Virus record (IMG/VR): IMGVR_UViG_3300045988_008747
Reading direction: 5' to 3' (one strand)
From: a virus
Length of the DNA: 43,003 bases
Shown: in pieces, positions 6,191 through 12,939 of the stretch
How the letters are laid out: each line of letters opens with the position of its first letter
Numbering within the stretch: the first letter of the stretch is position 1
The notes under the pieces: generated by a model
What the model saw: only the letters and a program-made list of their open reading frames with translations
Told to the model about the DNA's origin: nothing
Database searches by the model: none
Made by a program: the position numbers and the translations under genes

Positions 6191-7408
6191 ATGAAATGCG
6201 TAAGGCCATGCTGCCGGAAAGAGATCCCGGATGGTGCTTCTTTTTGTCCGTGGTGCGGGAAGAAGCAGCCGGAAGCCGCCCCGCAGCAAAGAAAAAAGCG
6301 CCGCCGTCCAAAGGGCAGCGGCACAGTGTACCAGAAAAAAGACGAAGGGCGTGTCAGGTCGTGGGTCGCAAGATCTGGTCGCGGTGAGCTGATCGGCAGT
6401 TTCGAGACCTCTGCAGAAGCCGTGCTTGCGCTGGACGACTACAACGCAAAGCACACCAGCGTTGTGCGCCTGCGGTATACCTTCGGGGACGTGTACGAGA
6501 AGTGGAAGGAGCTGCACTACAAAGACATCGGTCCAAAGGGCCGAGACAGCTACGAAAGGGCCTTTGCGAAGGCCCTCGAATTACACAAACGCCCCATGCG
6601 GGAGCTTAAAACCGAGGATTATCAGGCCGTGATAACTGCCCTTGCGGACGCTGGAAAGTCCCGCAGCATGTGCGAGAAGCAGCGGCAACTGTTCAGCCAA
6701 CTGTGCAAGTGGGCCATGCAGAACGATATTATCACGATCAATTACGCCGAGGGCCTGCGCTTGCCTGCCCCATCGCCCAAGAAGGAACGCACCCTGACGG
6801 ATGACGAGTTGGGCAAGATAAAAGCCATTGCAGATGATAACAGCAAGGGAAACCGCTTCCGGCAGGTCGCGCAGCTTGCAATGGTTCTCACCTACACCGG
6901 TATGCGCATTGATGAGTTGCTTTCCATGCGCCGGGATGATGTGCACCTGAACGAAGGTTACATGATCGGCGGTGAAAAAACCGATGCAGGCCGACAGCGT
7001 GTCATTCCAATCCTTGAGCCAATACGGATGATCGTGGCTGAATGGATGCTTTGCAGCCTCGGCAGCGAATTTCTGCTGCCGACATCGACCGGCAGGAAAA
7101 AGAATGTCGATACCGTGGAGCACTCATTTCGCCGTCTGATGATCGTGCTGGGAATCAATCCGGATCCCGAAAAAGTAGACCGAAAAGACATGGGCGAGCT
7201 TATAACACCGCACTCCCTGCGCCGCACTGCGGCTACGCGGCTTGTGGAAGGAAAGGCCGAGCCGACAGCCGTGCAGGCCATCCTCGGGCACGCGGATTTC
7301 TCGACGACTGCGGATTATTACACATCTCACAATGTCGAATATCTTGCAGAAGAAATGAAAAAGTTCAAGGCAACAAGCTCCCAGAAAGCTCCCAATAAAA
7401 AGAAATAA
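6191..7408 (+). CDS. int: Tyrosine recombinase (phage integrase) with an N-terminal zinc ribbon and an AP2-like arm-binding domain
   Basis: CCRKEIPDGASFCPWCG. Catalytic signatures YTGMRIDEL (R), HSLRRTAAT (HxxR) and LGHADFSTTADYYTSH (H...Y). Confidence 0.95.
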   Translation: MKCVRPCCRKEIPDGASFCPWCGKKQPEAAPQQRKKRRRPKGSGTVYQKKDEGRVRSWVARSGRGELIGSFETSAEAVLALDDYNAKHTSVVRLRYTFGDVYEKWKELHYKDIGPKGRDSYERAFAKALELHKRPMRELKTEDYQAVITALADAGKSRSMCEKQRQLFSQLCKWAMQNDIITINYAEGLRLPAPSPKKERTLTDDELGKIKAIADDNSKGNRFRQVAQLAMVLTYTGMRIDELLSMRRDDVHLNEGYMIGGEKTDAGRQRVIPILEPIRMIVAEWMLCSLGSEFLLPTSTGRKKNVDTVEHSFRRLMIVLGINPDPEKVDRKDMGELITPHSLRRTAATRLVEGKAEPTAVQAILGHADFSTTADYYTSHNVEYLAEEMKKFKATSSQKAPNKKK

Positions 7409-7429
7409 TTCGTTAAGCCGTTTATTTTT

Positions 7430-7479
7430 ATTGCTTCCCAAGCAGAAGGCGGCGGGTTCGAGTCCCGTACCCTGCTCCA
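7430..7479 (+). other. attP-like core: copy of the anticodon arm to the 3' CCA end of a tRNA-Gly(CCC), with no 5' half
   Basis: attgc-TTCCCAA-gcaga, variable aggcg, gcggg-TTCGAGT-cccgt, acceptor 3' strand accctgc, discriminator t, then cca. It sits 22 nt after the int stop. No acceptor 5' strand or D arm lies upstream. Confidence 0.7.
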
Positions 7480-7488
7480 TATTTTAAG

Positions 7489-7556
7489 AAAAATCCCACG
7501 GTATAACGTTCAAAGCAGAGCGTAGACCGTGGGATTTTTATTTCGCTTTTTTGAAA
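7489..7556. terminator. Bidirectional hairpin terminator between int/attP and the accessory cluster
   Basis: aaaatcccacggt ... accgtgggatttt (13-bp stem, 23-nt loop), flanked by T-runs on both strands. Confidence 0.65.
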
Positions 7557-7620
7557 AAATAACGTAAAGAATTCTGAAAAATCCTTATAAACTCCCAGAT
7601 AAGCTCCCTACTGAGCATCG

Positions 7621-7956
7621 TCACTCAGACAAAGAGGCAATCTTTCGCATTACTAGCTCATACTCTTTCGGGTACACCAGCTTTATTGCCTTCATGTGCT
7701 CGTCAAGCACCTGTATCAGACCGCCAAAAGGAACAGAGCTTGCAGCCGCCACAAAGTCGCTTCGTGGTTCCGCTGCTGTGGAGTACGCCGCCGCATAAGT
7801 CGCAGGCGGCAATGCCTGAGTCTGCGTTTCAGGTGCCTGCTTTTCTTCCAGCTCGTCCCGCACAGTGCAGAGGGCGGCAAGCTTTTCCACGCTCTGCCAG
7901 TCCGTTGAACCGCATTTCAGCTTGTGAATATGGGTGTTGATCTCGTCGATGTCCAT
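7621..7956 (-). CDS. Accessory-cluster protein 7 (111 aa), unknown
   Basis: GGAGGAGGG RBS. MDIDEINTHIHKLKCGSTDWQSVEKLAAL...LIQVLDEHMKAIKLVYPKEYELVMRKI. Confidence 0.7.
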   Translation of the reverse strand: MDIDEINTHIHKLKCGSTDWQSVEKLAALCTVRDELEEKQAPETQTQALPPATYAAAYSTAAEPRSDFVAAASSVPFGGLIQVLDEHMKAIKLVYPKEYELVMRKIASLSE

Positions 7957-7974
7957 ACTTGCCGCCCTCCTCCC

Positions 7975-8376
7975 TTATGCATTGCGCAGAATGTCCGCTG
8001 CGCGCTTGTATGCATCGCGCTCTGCGCCGGTGGCTTCCTGCATCATGCCCTCGATGTCGGAGATCATGCGCTCACGGCCATCCGTGCGGGAGTAGTGCCC
8101 GCGCACATAGTGGCGGCCACGGTTGGCGTAGCTGTTGCCCCTGTTGTAACCGTTTCCGGCATCACGGCCGAAGGTTCCGCGCATATCGGCTTCCCACTCG
8201 CCTGTACGGCTGTACTCGCCGTCCTCGCAGTAGTCCTCGATGCGGTGGATGTCCAGAATGATATCCACGATCTCGCCGATCATCTCGATATCACCCGGAG
8301 AACGGTTCTTTTTGTCGGTCAGCTCCATGAGCTCGTCGCACATCTCATCCTTCAGATGATTCAGTTTATCCAGCAT
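7975..8376 (-). CDS. Accessory-cluster protein 6 (133 aa): acidic helical ends and a G/N/R/Y-rich centre
   Basis: AAAGGAG RBS. ...GRDAGNGYNRGNSYANRGRHYVRGHYSRTDGRERM... Confidence 0.7.
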   Translation of the reverse strand: MLDKLNHLKDEMCDELMELTDKKNRSPGDIEMIGEIVDIILDIHRIEDYCEDGEYSRTGEWEADMRGTFGRDAGNGYNRGNSYANRGRHYVRGHYSRTDGRERMISDIEGMMQEATGAERDAYKRAADILRNA

Positions 8377-8392
8377 GACTTTATCTCCTTTC

Positions 8393-8815
8393 TTATGCTA
8401 CCCGCTCAACGATCAGATTGCTGTTTGCAATGCTGACTGCCTGCGTACTGGTGTTTTTAACCGCCACGGTCACGCAGCAGCCGCGCGTCGCCTCGATGAA
8501 AGCGGCCACGAAAACGTTGAAGTAATTTTCGACTGCCGCCGGTGTGACAATGGCGGTTGCGCTGTTAAGTGCCTCACCGCCGACAGCCAGAGCCACGGAA
8601 ATGGGTCCCACAGTGCCGCCGGTGGGAATGGCGATATTGCCGCCAAAGCTTACCTTGAAGCGTGCTTTGCATTGATTGGTCAGACCACGCAGGGTCACGA
8701 GGCCGCTGCCCTCACGGTGCATGATGCAGGCGGGGGCTTTCACGGCGGTCTCGGTCAGGGGAAGATTTTCACCCGCCGCCACGATGGCGATGTTGGAGTT
8801 GCTAAATTCAGCCAT
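8393..8815 (-). CDS. Accessory-cluster protein 5 (140 aa): all-beta protein resembling BclA C-terminal / C1q-TNF-like jelly-roll domains
   Basis: AAAGGAG lies 8 nt before the ATG at 8815. MAEFSNSNIAIVAAGENLPL...ISVALAVGGEALNSATAIVTPAAV...VTVAVKNTSTQAVSIANSNLIVERVA. Confidence 0.75.
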   Translation of the reverse strand: MAEFSNSNIAIVAAGENLPLTETAVKAPACIMHREGSGLVTLRGLTNQCKARFKVSFGGNIAIPTGGTVGPISVALAVGGEALNSATAIVTPAAVENYFNVFVAAFIEATRGCCVTVAVKNTSTQAVSIANSNLIVERVA

Positions 8816-8833
8816 TTTATCGGCTCCTTTCAT

Positions 8834-8862
8834 AGAAAAACGCCGGGACTTTTGCCCCGGCG
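8834..8862 (-). terminator. Intrinsic terminator or attenuator inside the accessory cluster
   Basis: Minus-strand RNA CGCCGGG-GCAAAAGU-CCCGGCG followed by UUUUUC, between 8930..9706 and the RBS of 8393..8815. Confidence 0.6.
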
Positions 8863-8929
8863 CTCTGGTTTGCAAAATCAGCTCTGGGGCTGAACATTCG
8901 AGAAATCCTCGAAAGCTGCCGTTATTCGA

Positions 8930-9706
8930 TTAGGCGCAACCGTTGCAGCCGCAACCGGTGCCGCAGTTACCGTACTGGTAGGGTGCGGGTACCGAGAAAG
9001 CGGGCACAGGGCGGGGGTTGTAGTAGGCCAGCTGACCGCTCATGTAGGCCTTGAGCGTTTCGTTCTGGGCTGCCTGAGATGCCGCAAGCTGTGCTGCAAA
9101 CAGCTGCTGACCCTGCTCAGCAATCTTTGCGTCCTTTGCCTCGATGCGCTGTGCGGTCAGGGCGTCAAGGATGGCGCGGGCGTTCTGGTTCTGGTTGTCG
9201 ATGATGTCCCGGGTGGTGTTCTGCACCGTGTTCCGGGTCTCGCAGGACTGGGTGGCCAAATTGTAGTTGACGCCCTGAATGGCAGAGCGGTTCTCGCAGC
9301 AGCACTCCTGCTGCTGCATCTGCATGGCAAACAGCTGCTGCATGAACGCCGCCTGCTGGTTTGCACGGCTGATCTCTGCGGACATAAAGCCGTTATTCAC
9401 GGTCTGCTGCACGCCGTTGACAAGCTGCGCCTGCTGGTAGAAGCCATCACACATGCCGTTGTTGATACCATCCATCTTGCGCTCGACGTTGGCAAAATCG
9501 GAGGTCAGGACGTAGCCGTCCACGACACCGGAACCGGTGTTGCCATTGCCGCCCCAGTTGCCGCCCCAGCCGCCGCAGAAGGCAAACAGGAACAAGATGA
9601 TGATCCACCATGCGCCATCATTGCCAAAGCCAAAGCCGTTGCCGCCGTTGGTGTTTGCGGGCTGAACAGGCATGGTCAGAACCGCAGAATCGGAAGAAAG
9701 AGACAT
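8930..9706 (-). CDS. Accessory-cluster protein 4 (258 aa): G/N/F-rich N-terminus, one TM segment, Q/N-rich region with a CCC motif and a Cys/Gly C-terminal tail
   Basis: GAAAGGAG RBS. ...NGGNGFGFGNDGAWWIIILFLFAFCGGWGGNWGG...QQQECCCENRS...QYGNCGTGCGCNGCA. Confidence 0.8.
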   Translation of the reverse strand: MSLSSDSAVLTMPVQPANTNGGNGFGFGNDGAWWIIILFLFAFCGGWGGNWGGNGNTGSGVVDGYVLTSDFANVERKMDGINNGMCDGFYQQAQLVNGVQQTVNNGFMSAEISRANQQAAFMQQLFAMQMQQQECCCENRSAIQGVNYNLATQSCETRNTVQNTTRDIIDNQNQNARAILDALTAQRIEAKDAKIAEQGQQLFAAQLAASQAAQNETLKAYMSGQLAYYNPRPVPAFSVPAPYQYGNCGTGCGCNGCA

Positions 9707-9769
9707 TTTTGTACTCCTTTCGTTTGTTTTGAATGATTTTTATGCTTGAACCGTGGCCACGGTTACGAC

Positions 9770-9994
9770 TTAATGAAGAAACTGCTGAAACTGTTGCGCC
9801 ATCGCCTGTAATTGGTTCAGCTGGTTTTGTGACATTTTGCCGGATTGCAGCAGCTTTTGCACTTCTGCTTTTGGGTCGCCCTGAAAGTTGGCCTTGAACT
9901 GCTGGAACTGCTGCATCATCTGTCCGAACTGGCCCATAGGGCCGGACATGGTAGGCATACCGCCGCTCAGAACGTTAAAAAGAGGGTTTGCCAT
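9770..9994 (-). CDS. Accessory-cluster protein 3 (74 aa), Q/M/F-rich
   Basis: CGGAGG RBS. MANPLFNVLSGGMPTMSGPMGQFGQMMQQFQQFKANFQGDPKAEVQKLLQSGKMSQNQLNQLQAMAQQFQQFLH. Confidence 0.7.
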   Translation of the reverse strand: MANPLFNVLSGGMPTMSGPMGQFGQMMQQFQQFKANFQGDPKAEVQKLLQSGKMSQNQLNQLQAMAQQFQQFLH

Positions 9995-9996
9995 AA

Positions 9997-10446
9997 TTAC
10001 TTGACCTCCGTTTCAGGCTTTGCGGGCTCTTGCTTTTCCAGCGCCGCACAGCGGGCTGCCAGAGCGTCAAACTCTGCTCGGGTGACAAATTCCCCGCCGG
10101 GCTGCTGCGCCGTCTGAGGGGGCATTTTTGTCGCCGTGGTGCGTTCCTTGTAGTCAAAGACGCGGAGAGGCAGCGGCATCCCGCTGGCGTCGGTGCTCTT
10201 GATGTAAAAAGCGCTATTTTCGCTGTCCATCAGCAACACGCTGTTGCCTGCGGCGACCATATAGGCTTTTGCCCCCTCTTCTCCCTGTACCCAGATGATG
10301 GAGGGCGTAGCCTGTGCTGTCTGTGCTGTCGGCTGCTGCATCATGGGAGACTGATAGCCCACTCCCTGCCTGAGTTGAGTGAGGTTGTCTGGCATTGGCT
10401 GGCCGTAGTATGTTGGCATCTGATACGCATACGGATTATAAGGCAT
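9997..10446 (-). CDS. Accessory-cluster protein 2 (149 aa): P/Q/Y-rich N-terminus, beta core and helical tail
   Basis: AAGGAGGAA RBS. MPYNPYAYQMPTYYGQPMPDN...IIWVQGEEGAKAYMVAAGNSVLLMDSENSAFYIKSTD... Confidence 0.75.
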   Translation of the reverse strand: MPYNPYAYQMPTYYGQPMPDNLTQLRQGVGYQSPMMQQPTAQTAQATPSIIWVQGEEGAKAYMVAAGNSVLLMDSENSAFYIKSTDASGMPLPLRVFDYKERTTATKMPPQTAQQPGGEFVTRAEFDALAARCAALEKQEPAKPETEVK

Positions 10447-10449
10447 CGT

Positions 10450-10827
10450 TTATTCCTCCTTGTACCAGTAGTAGATCGGGCATTCCGCGCCGCTGTCCCA
10501 GCTGTCCCACCACACGCCGTCGATGACGGTCAGGACGTGGCCAGAGCAGCCCAGTACATACACGCCGCGCGGGTACTCCCGGGCAAAATCTGCCACGGTG
10601 TAACAGGTGGTGCAGTCCGCTTCCACCATGCGGCGCTTGAACCCGCGCTTTTGAAGGTACGCGCCCCATGTGCGGTTGGCGCTGGGCATATCGCCGAGGG
10701 CGTAGCCGGTGAGCGCCAGCGCAATATACGCCTGCTCCCAGCTCTGACCGGTGGCCGCAGCTACCGCCCGCACTACGCAGTCCCCGACGCTGCTGCCGTT
10801 GGGGTTTGGGTTAAACTTGTGCCACAT
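10450..10827 (-). CDS. Accessory-cluster protein 1 (125 aa): small papain-like (C39-like) cysteine peptidase candidate
   Basis: GGGAGGGGG RBS. Candidate nucleophile in SSVGDCVVRAVAAATGQSW and candidate His in GCSGHVLTVIDG. C-terminal WDSWDSG...YYWYK. Confidence 0.75.
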   Translation of the reverse strand: MWHKFNPNPNGSSVGDCVVRAVAAATGQSWEQAYIALALTGYALGDMPSANRTWGAYLQKRGFKRRMVEADCTTCYTVADFAREYPRGVYVLGCSGHVLTVIDGVWWDSWDSGAECPIYYWYKEE

Positions 10828-10963
10828 GGCACCCCCTCCCTTTGCGCTTAATTTACCTTTTTAATGGAAGCTGAGAGACAACGAACACACAACGAAAGGC
10901 AAAAACGCTTGATTAAATCTTGATTTCGGCTCGTTTAAAACTAATACAACTGATACAAAATAG

Positions 10964-10998
10964 ACAAAAAAATAAGGCATAGTCTGGTGACTATGCCT
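10964..10998 (-). terminator. Strong minus-strand intrinsic terminator upstream of the accessory cluster
   Basis: aggcatagtc-tggt-gactatgcct (10-bp perfect stem). On the minus strand it is followed by UUAUUUUUUUG. Confidence 0.7.
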
Positions 10999-11019
10999 GT
11001 ATCGCTTGTATTAGTTTTG

Positions 11020-11028
11020 TGGTATAAT
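11020..11028 (+). promoter_or_regulatory. Extended -10 promoter (TGgTATAAT) of the plus-strand cassette
   Basis: tggtataat at 11020-11028, 40 nt before the ATG at 11068. The -35 is poor. Confidence 0.5.
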
Positions 11029-11067
11029 GATGGTGTTAAAAAGAAATACAGATGGAGGAACAAAAAA

Positions 11068-11475
11068 ATGAAATACTCTTGGAATACCGCCCGCGGCGCA
11101 AAAATCGAACTCGACATTGACAAAAAAGTCATCACCGAAGAAACCCTCTGGAATGACGGAAACGAGGTTACAGTCCCTTGCCATAAGTGGCAGTACACCA
11201 TCAATTCCCTGCTGGTGAACGGGCAGGAAATGAAGGCGGGTGCCTACAAGCAGCAGATCGGCCGTTGGCCGGAGAACGTGCATTACGCATTCGGCGTGTA
11301 TGTAATGGCCAATGGAAAGAAGCAGAAAGCGCTCGTTGAGATTCCCGACGCGATCGAGAACGAGATCTACGGCGAAGAGCGGGTCTATCAGAAAGCAAAA
11401 GTCGAAAAAGAGCTTGCTGTTTGTGAAGAATACGAAAGCCATTACAATGCCGTGATGGAAATGCTGAACAAATGA
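11068..11475 (+). CDS. Plus-strand cassette protein A (135 aa), unknown
   Basis: GGAGGAACAAAAAA-ATG. MKYSWNTARGAKIELDIDKKVITEETLWNDGNEVTVPCHKWQYT... Confidence 0.75.
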   Translation: MKYSWNTARGAKIELDIDKKVITEETLWNDGNEVTVPCHKWQYTINSLLVNGQEMKAGAYKQQIGRWPENVHYAFGVYVMANGKKQKALVEIPDAIENEIYGEERVYQKAKVEKELAVCEEYESHYNAVMEMLNK

Positions 11476-11489
11476 ATTAGGAGGACAAA

Positions 11490-11990
11490 ATGGAAAACAA
11501 TACCATCCGCAATCTCGGCAAGCTCTACCGCCTGCTCGATGAAGCCTGCACGCCTGACCATGTGAATCAGGCAGACCTCGACAATGCGACACGGTTCCCG
11601 ATGCGCGGCGTGATGATGAAAATTACGCTGGCGCACAAGCTCCATAAGATAACCCCAGAGCTTGACAATGCCTGCTCCTACGTCTTGAAGGATGTAGACC
11701 TTGAGGACGTGGATACCAGCTTTGCGCTCAAAGCATTGCCGTTGCAGCAGCAGAACATGTTCCAAGTCGGGTATATGTCGCCCGATTATAAGACACTCGG
11801 CGTATCTGCCGTAAAAATCAAGGCCGCTCGAGAAAACGCCGGGCTGACCATCCGGGCGCTGGCAGAAAAGACCGGGCTGTCCACTGCAACCATCCAATAT
11901 GCGGAATCCGGGAAGGCTGTCCCGAGAGTAAACACCCTCGAAAAAATCGCAAATGCCTGCGGTGTTGCCATCGCCGACTTGCAAGGGTGA
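11490..11990 (+). CDS. Plus-strand cassette protein B (166 aa): unknown N-terminal domain plus a C-terminal XRE-type HTH
   Basis: AGGAGGACAAA-ATG. C-terminus VKIKAARENAGLTIRALAEKTGLSTATIQYAESGKAVPRVNTLEKIANACGVAIADL. Confidence 0.8.
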   Translation: MENNTIRNLGKLYRLLDEACTPDHVNQADLDNATRFPMRGVMMKITLAHKLHKITPELDNACSYVLKDVDLEDVDTSFALKALPLQQQNMFQVGYMSPDYKTLGVSAVKIKAARENAGLTIRALAEKTGLSTATIQYAESGKAVPRVNTLEKIANACGVAIADLQG

Positions 11991-12070
11991 GTGTGATATG
12001 CGGCAAGGCCTTTGAGCCTATCCATCAGAGCAACTTATCCTACAGGCACTACGGGAATATCTCAAATAAT

Positions 12071-12108
12071 AAAGCCCCCGATGCTCCAAACGGAACACCG
12101 GGGGCTTT
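12071..12108. terminator. Hairpin terminator closing the plus-strand cassette; also faces the minus-strand late operon
   Basis: aaagcccccg ... cgggggcttt (10-bp stem, 18-nt loop). The minus-strand side is followed by AUUAUUUGA. Confidence 0.55.
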
Positions 12109-12267
12109 ATGCGTCTCCCACATGGTACGCGCTATAAGTAGGCGGGCGAGAGACTGCATCATCTTAAAAGACCCGCCATGATACGCATCGTTGAGAGGCT
12201 TGACGGGTTCAGATATCCACCCTAATGCGCTTCTTCGAGAGGCCGGGTGGATTTTGTTGGTATTATT

Positions 12268-12564
12268 TTACAACACATCCAGCATTTTGTCAATGCTTTT
12301 TAGCCGGTAGCCAATCGCCGTCCGACTATAATGTGTTTGTGCTGCAATGTCCGGCAGCGGAAGCCGCTCAACGTACCGCAGTAAGGCTATCTTACGGTCA
12401 ACCCTCCCAAGCGGTGCGTTTTTGATGGCGGCGATCATCTGCTGTCGGTCAAGTCCTTGCAGCGCAGCGGGCAGCACCACACGAGCCGCCGCCACAGGCA
12501 GCACCGAGCCAGAAAGGCTGCGGCAGCTGTCCGGCGTTGCGCACCATACTGCCAATGCTGGCAA
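12268..12564 (-). CDS. Sigma-70 region-4-like HTH domain ORF (C-terminal half of a possibly split regulator)
   Basis: ...LDRQQMIAAIKNAPLGRVDRKIALLRYVERLPLPDIAAQTHYSRTAIGYRLKSIDKMLDVL. No good RBS at the annotated start. Overlaps 12449..12694 by 116 nt in another frame. Confidence 0.5.
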   Translation of the reverse strand: MPALAVWCATPDSCRSLSGSVLPVAAARVVLPAALQGLDRQQMIAAIKNAPLGRVDRKIALLRYVERLPLPDIAAQTHYSRTAIGYRLKSIDKMLDVL

Positions 12565-12694
12565 AACGGTGACAAAACGTCACCAGTTTGTTGACATTGC
12601 CGAGATAGTATGTTTTCGTGAGGCCACGAAATTGTTCTTGTGAGGCGAACATTTTGTTGGTGTCAACAAAATGCTCGTATGTAGTGCTTGCCAT
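12449..12694 (-). CDS. N-terminal half of the possibly split regulator (81 aa as read)
   Basis: AAGGAGGATATC-ATG at 12694. MASTTYEHFVDTNKMFASQEQFRGLTKTYYLGNVNKLVTFCHRFASIGSMVRNAG..., then a low-complexity out-of-context tail. Confidence 0.45.
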   Translation of the reverse strand: MASTTYEHFVDTNKMFASQEQFRGLTKTYYLGNVNKLVTFCHRFASIGSMVRNAGQLPQPFWLGAACGGGSCGAARCAART

Positions 12695-12704
12695 GATATC
12701 CTCC

Positions 12705-12929
12705 TTACTGTGTGATTTCCTCAGCGCTCGCCTTGTCCTCCGCGTCCAGCGCATCGTAGTACGCCTGTGCAAGGGCTTCCACCTCTGCAATGTCGTCCTC
12801 TGTCAGCAGACCGCTGTCCAGATGGGTGTACGCTTTGTCCAGCCAGTATTCCACGTCACGTCCAGCGGCGATTTCCCGCTTGATGGAGCGCAGTGTCAGG
12901 TCGTGCCGGGCTTTGGATTTAATTGCCAT
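12705..12929 (-). CDS. Hypothetical acidic protein (74 aa)
   Basis: AAGGAGG RBS. MAIKSKARHDLTLRSIKREIAAGRDVEYWLDKAY... Confidence 0.65.
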   Translation of the reverse strand: MAIKSKARHDLTLRSIKREIAAGRDVEYWLDKAYTHLDSGLLTEDDIAEVEALAQAYYDALDAEDKASAEEITQ

Positions 12930-12939
12930 AAGTACCTCC

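Noticed and set aside
7430-7479. A functional tRNA-Gly gene downstream of int.
   Set aside because: Only the anticodon arm to the CCA end is present. The upstream sequence offers no D arm or 5' acceptor strand, so I interpret it as an attP core.
10941-11204. ORF 10941..11204 (-), 87 aa.
   Set aside because: It overlaps the terminator hairpin, the plus-strand promoter and the RBS-supported plus-strand gene. It has no RBS.
11987-12181. ORF 11987..12181 (+) and ORF 12225..12425 (+).
   Set aside because: The first spans the 12071-12108 terminator hairpin and the second overlaps the minus-strand HTH ORF. Neither has an RBS.
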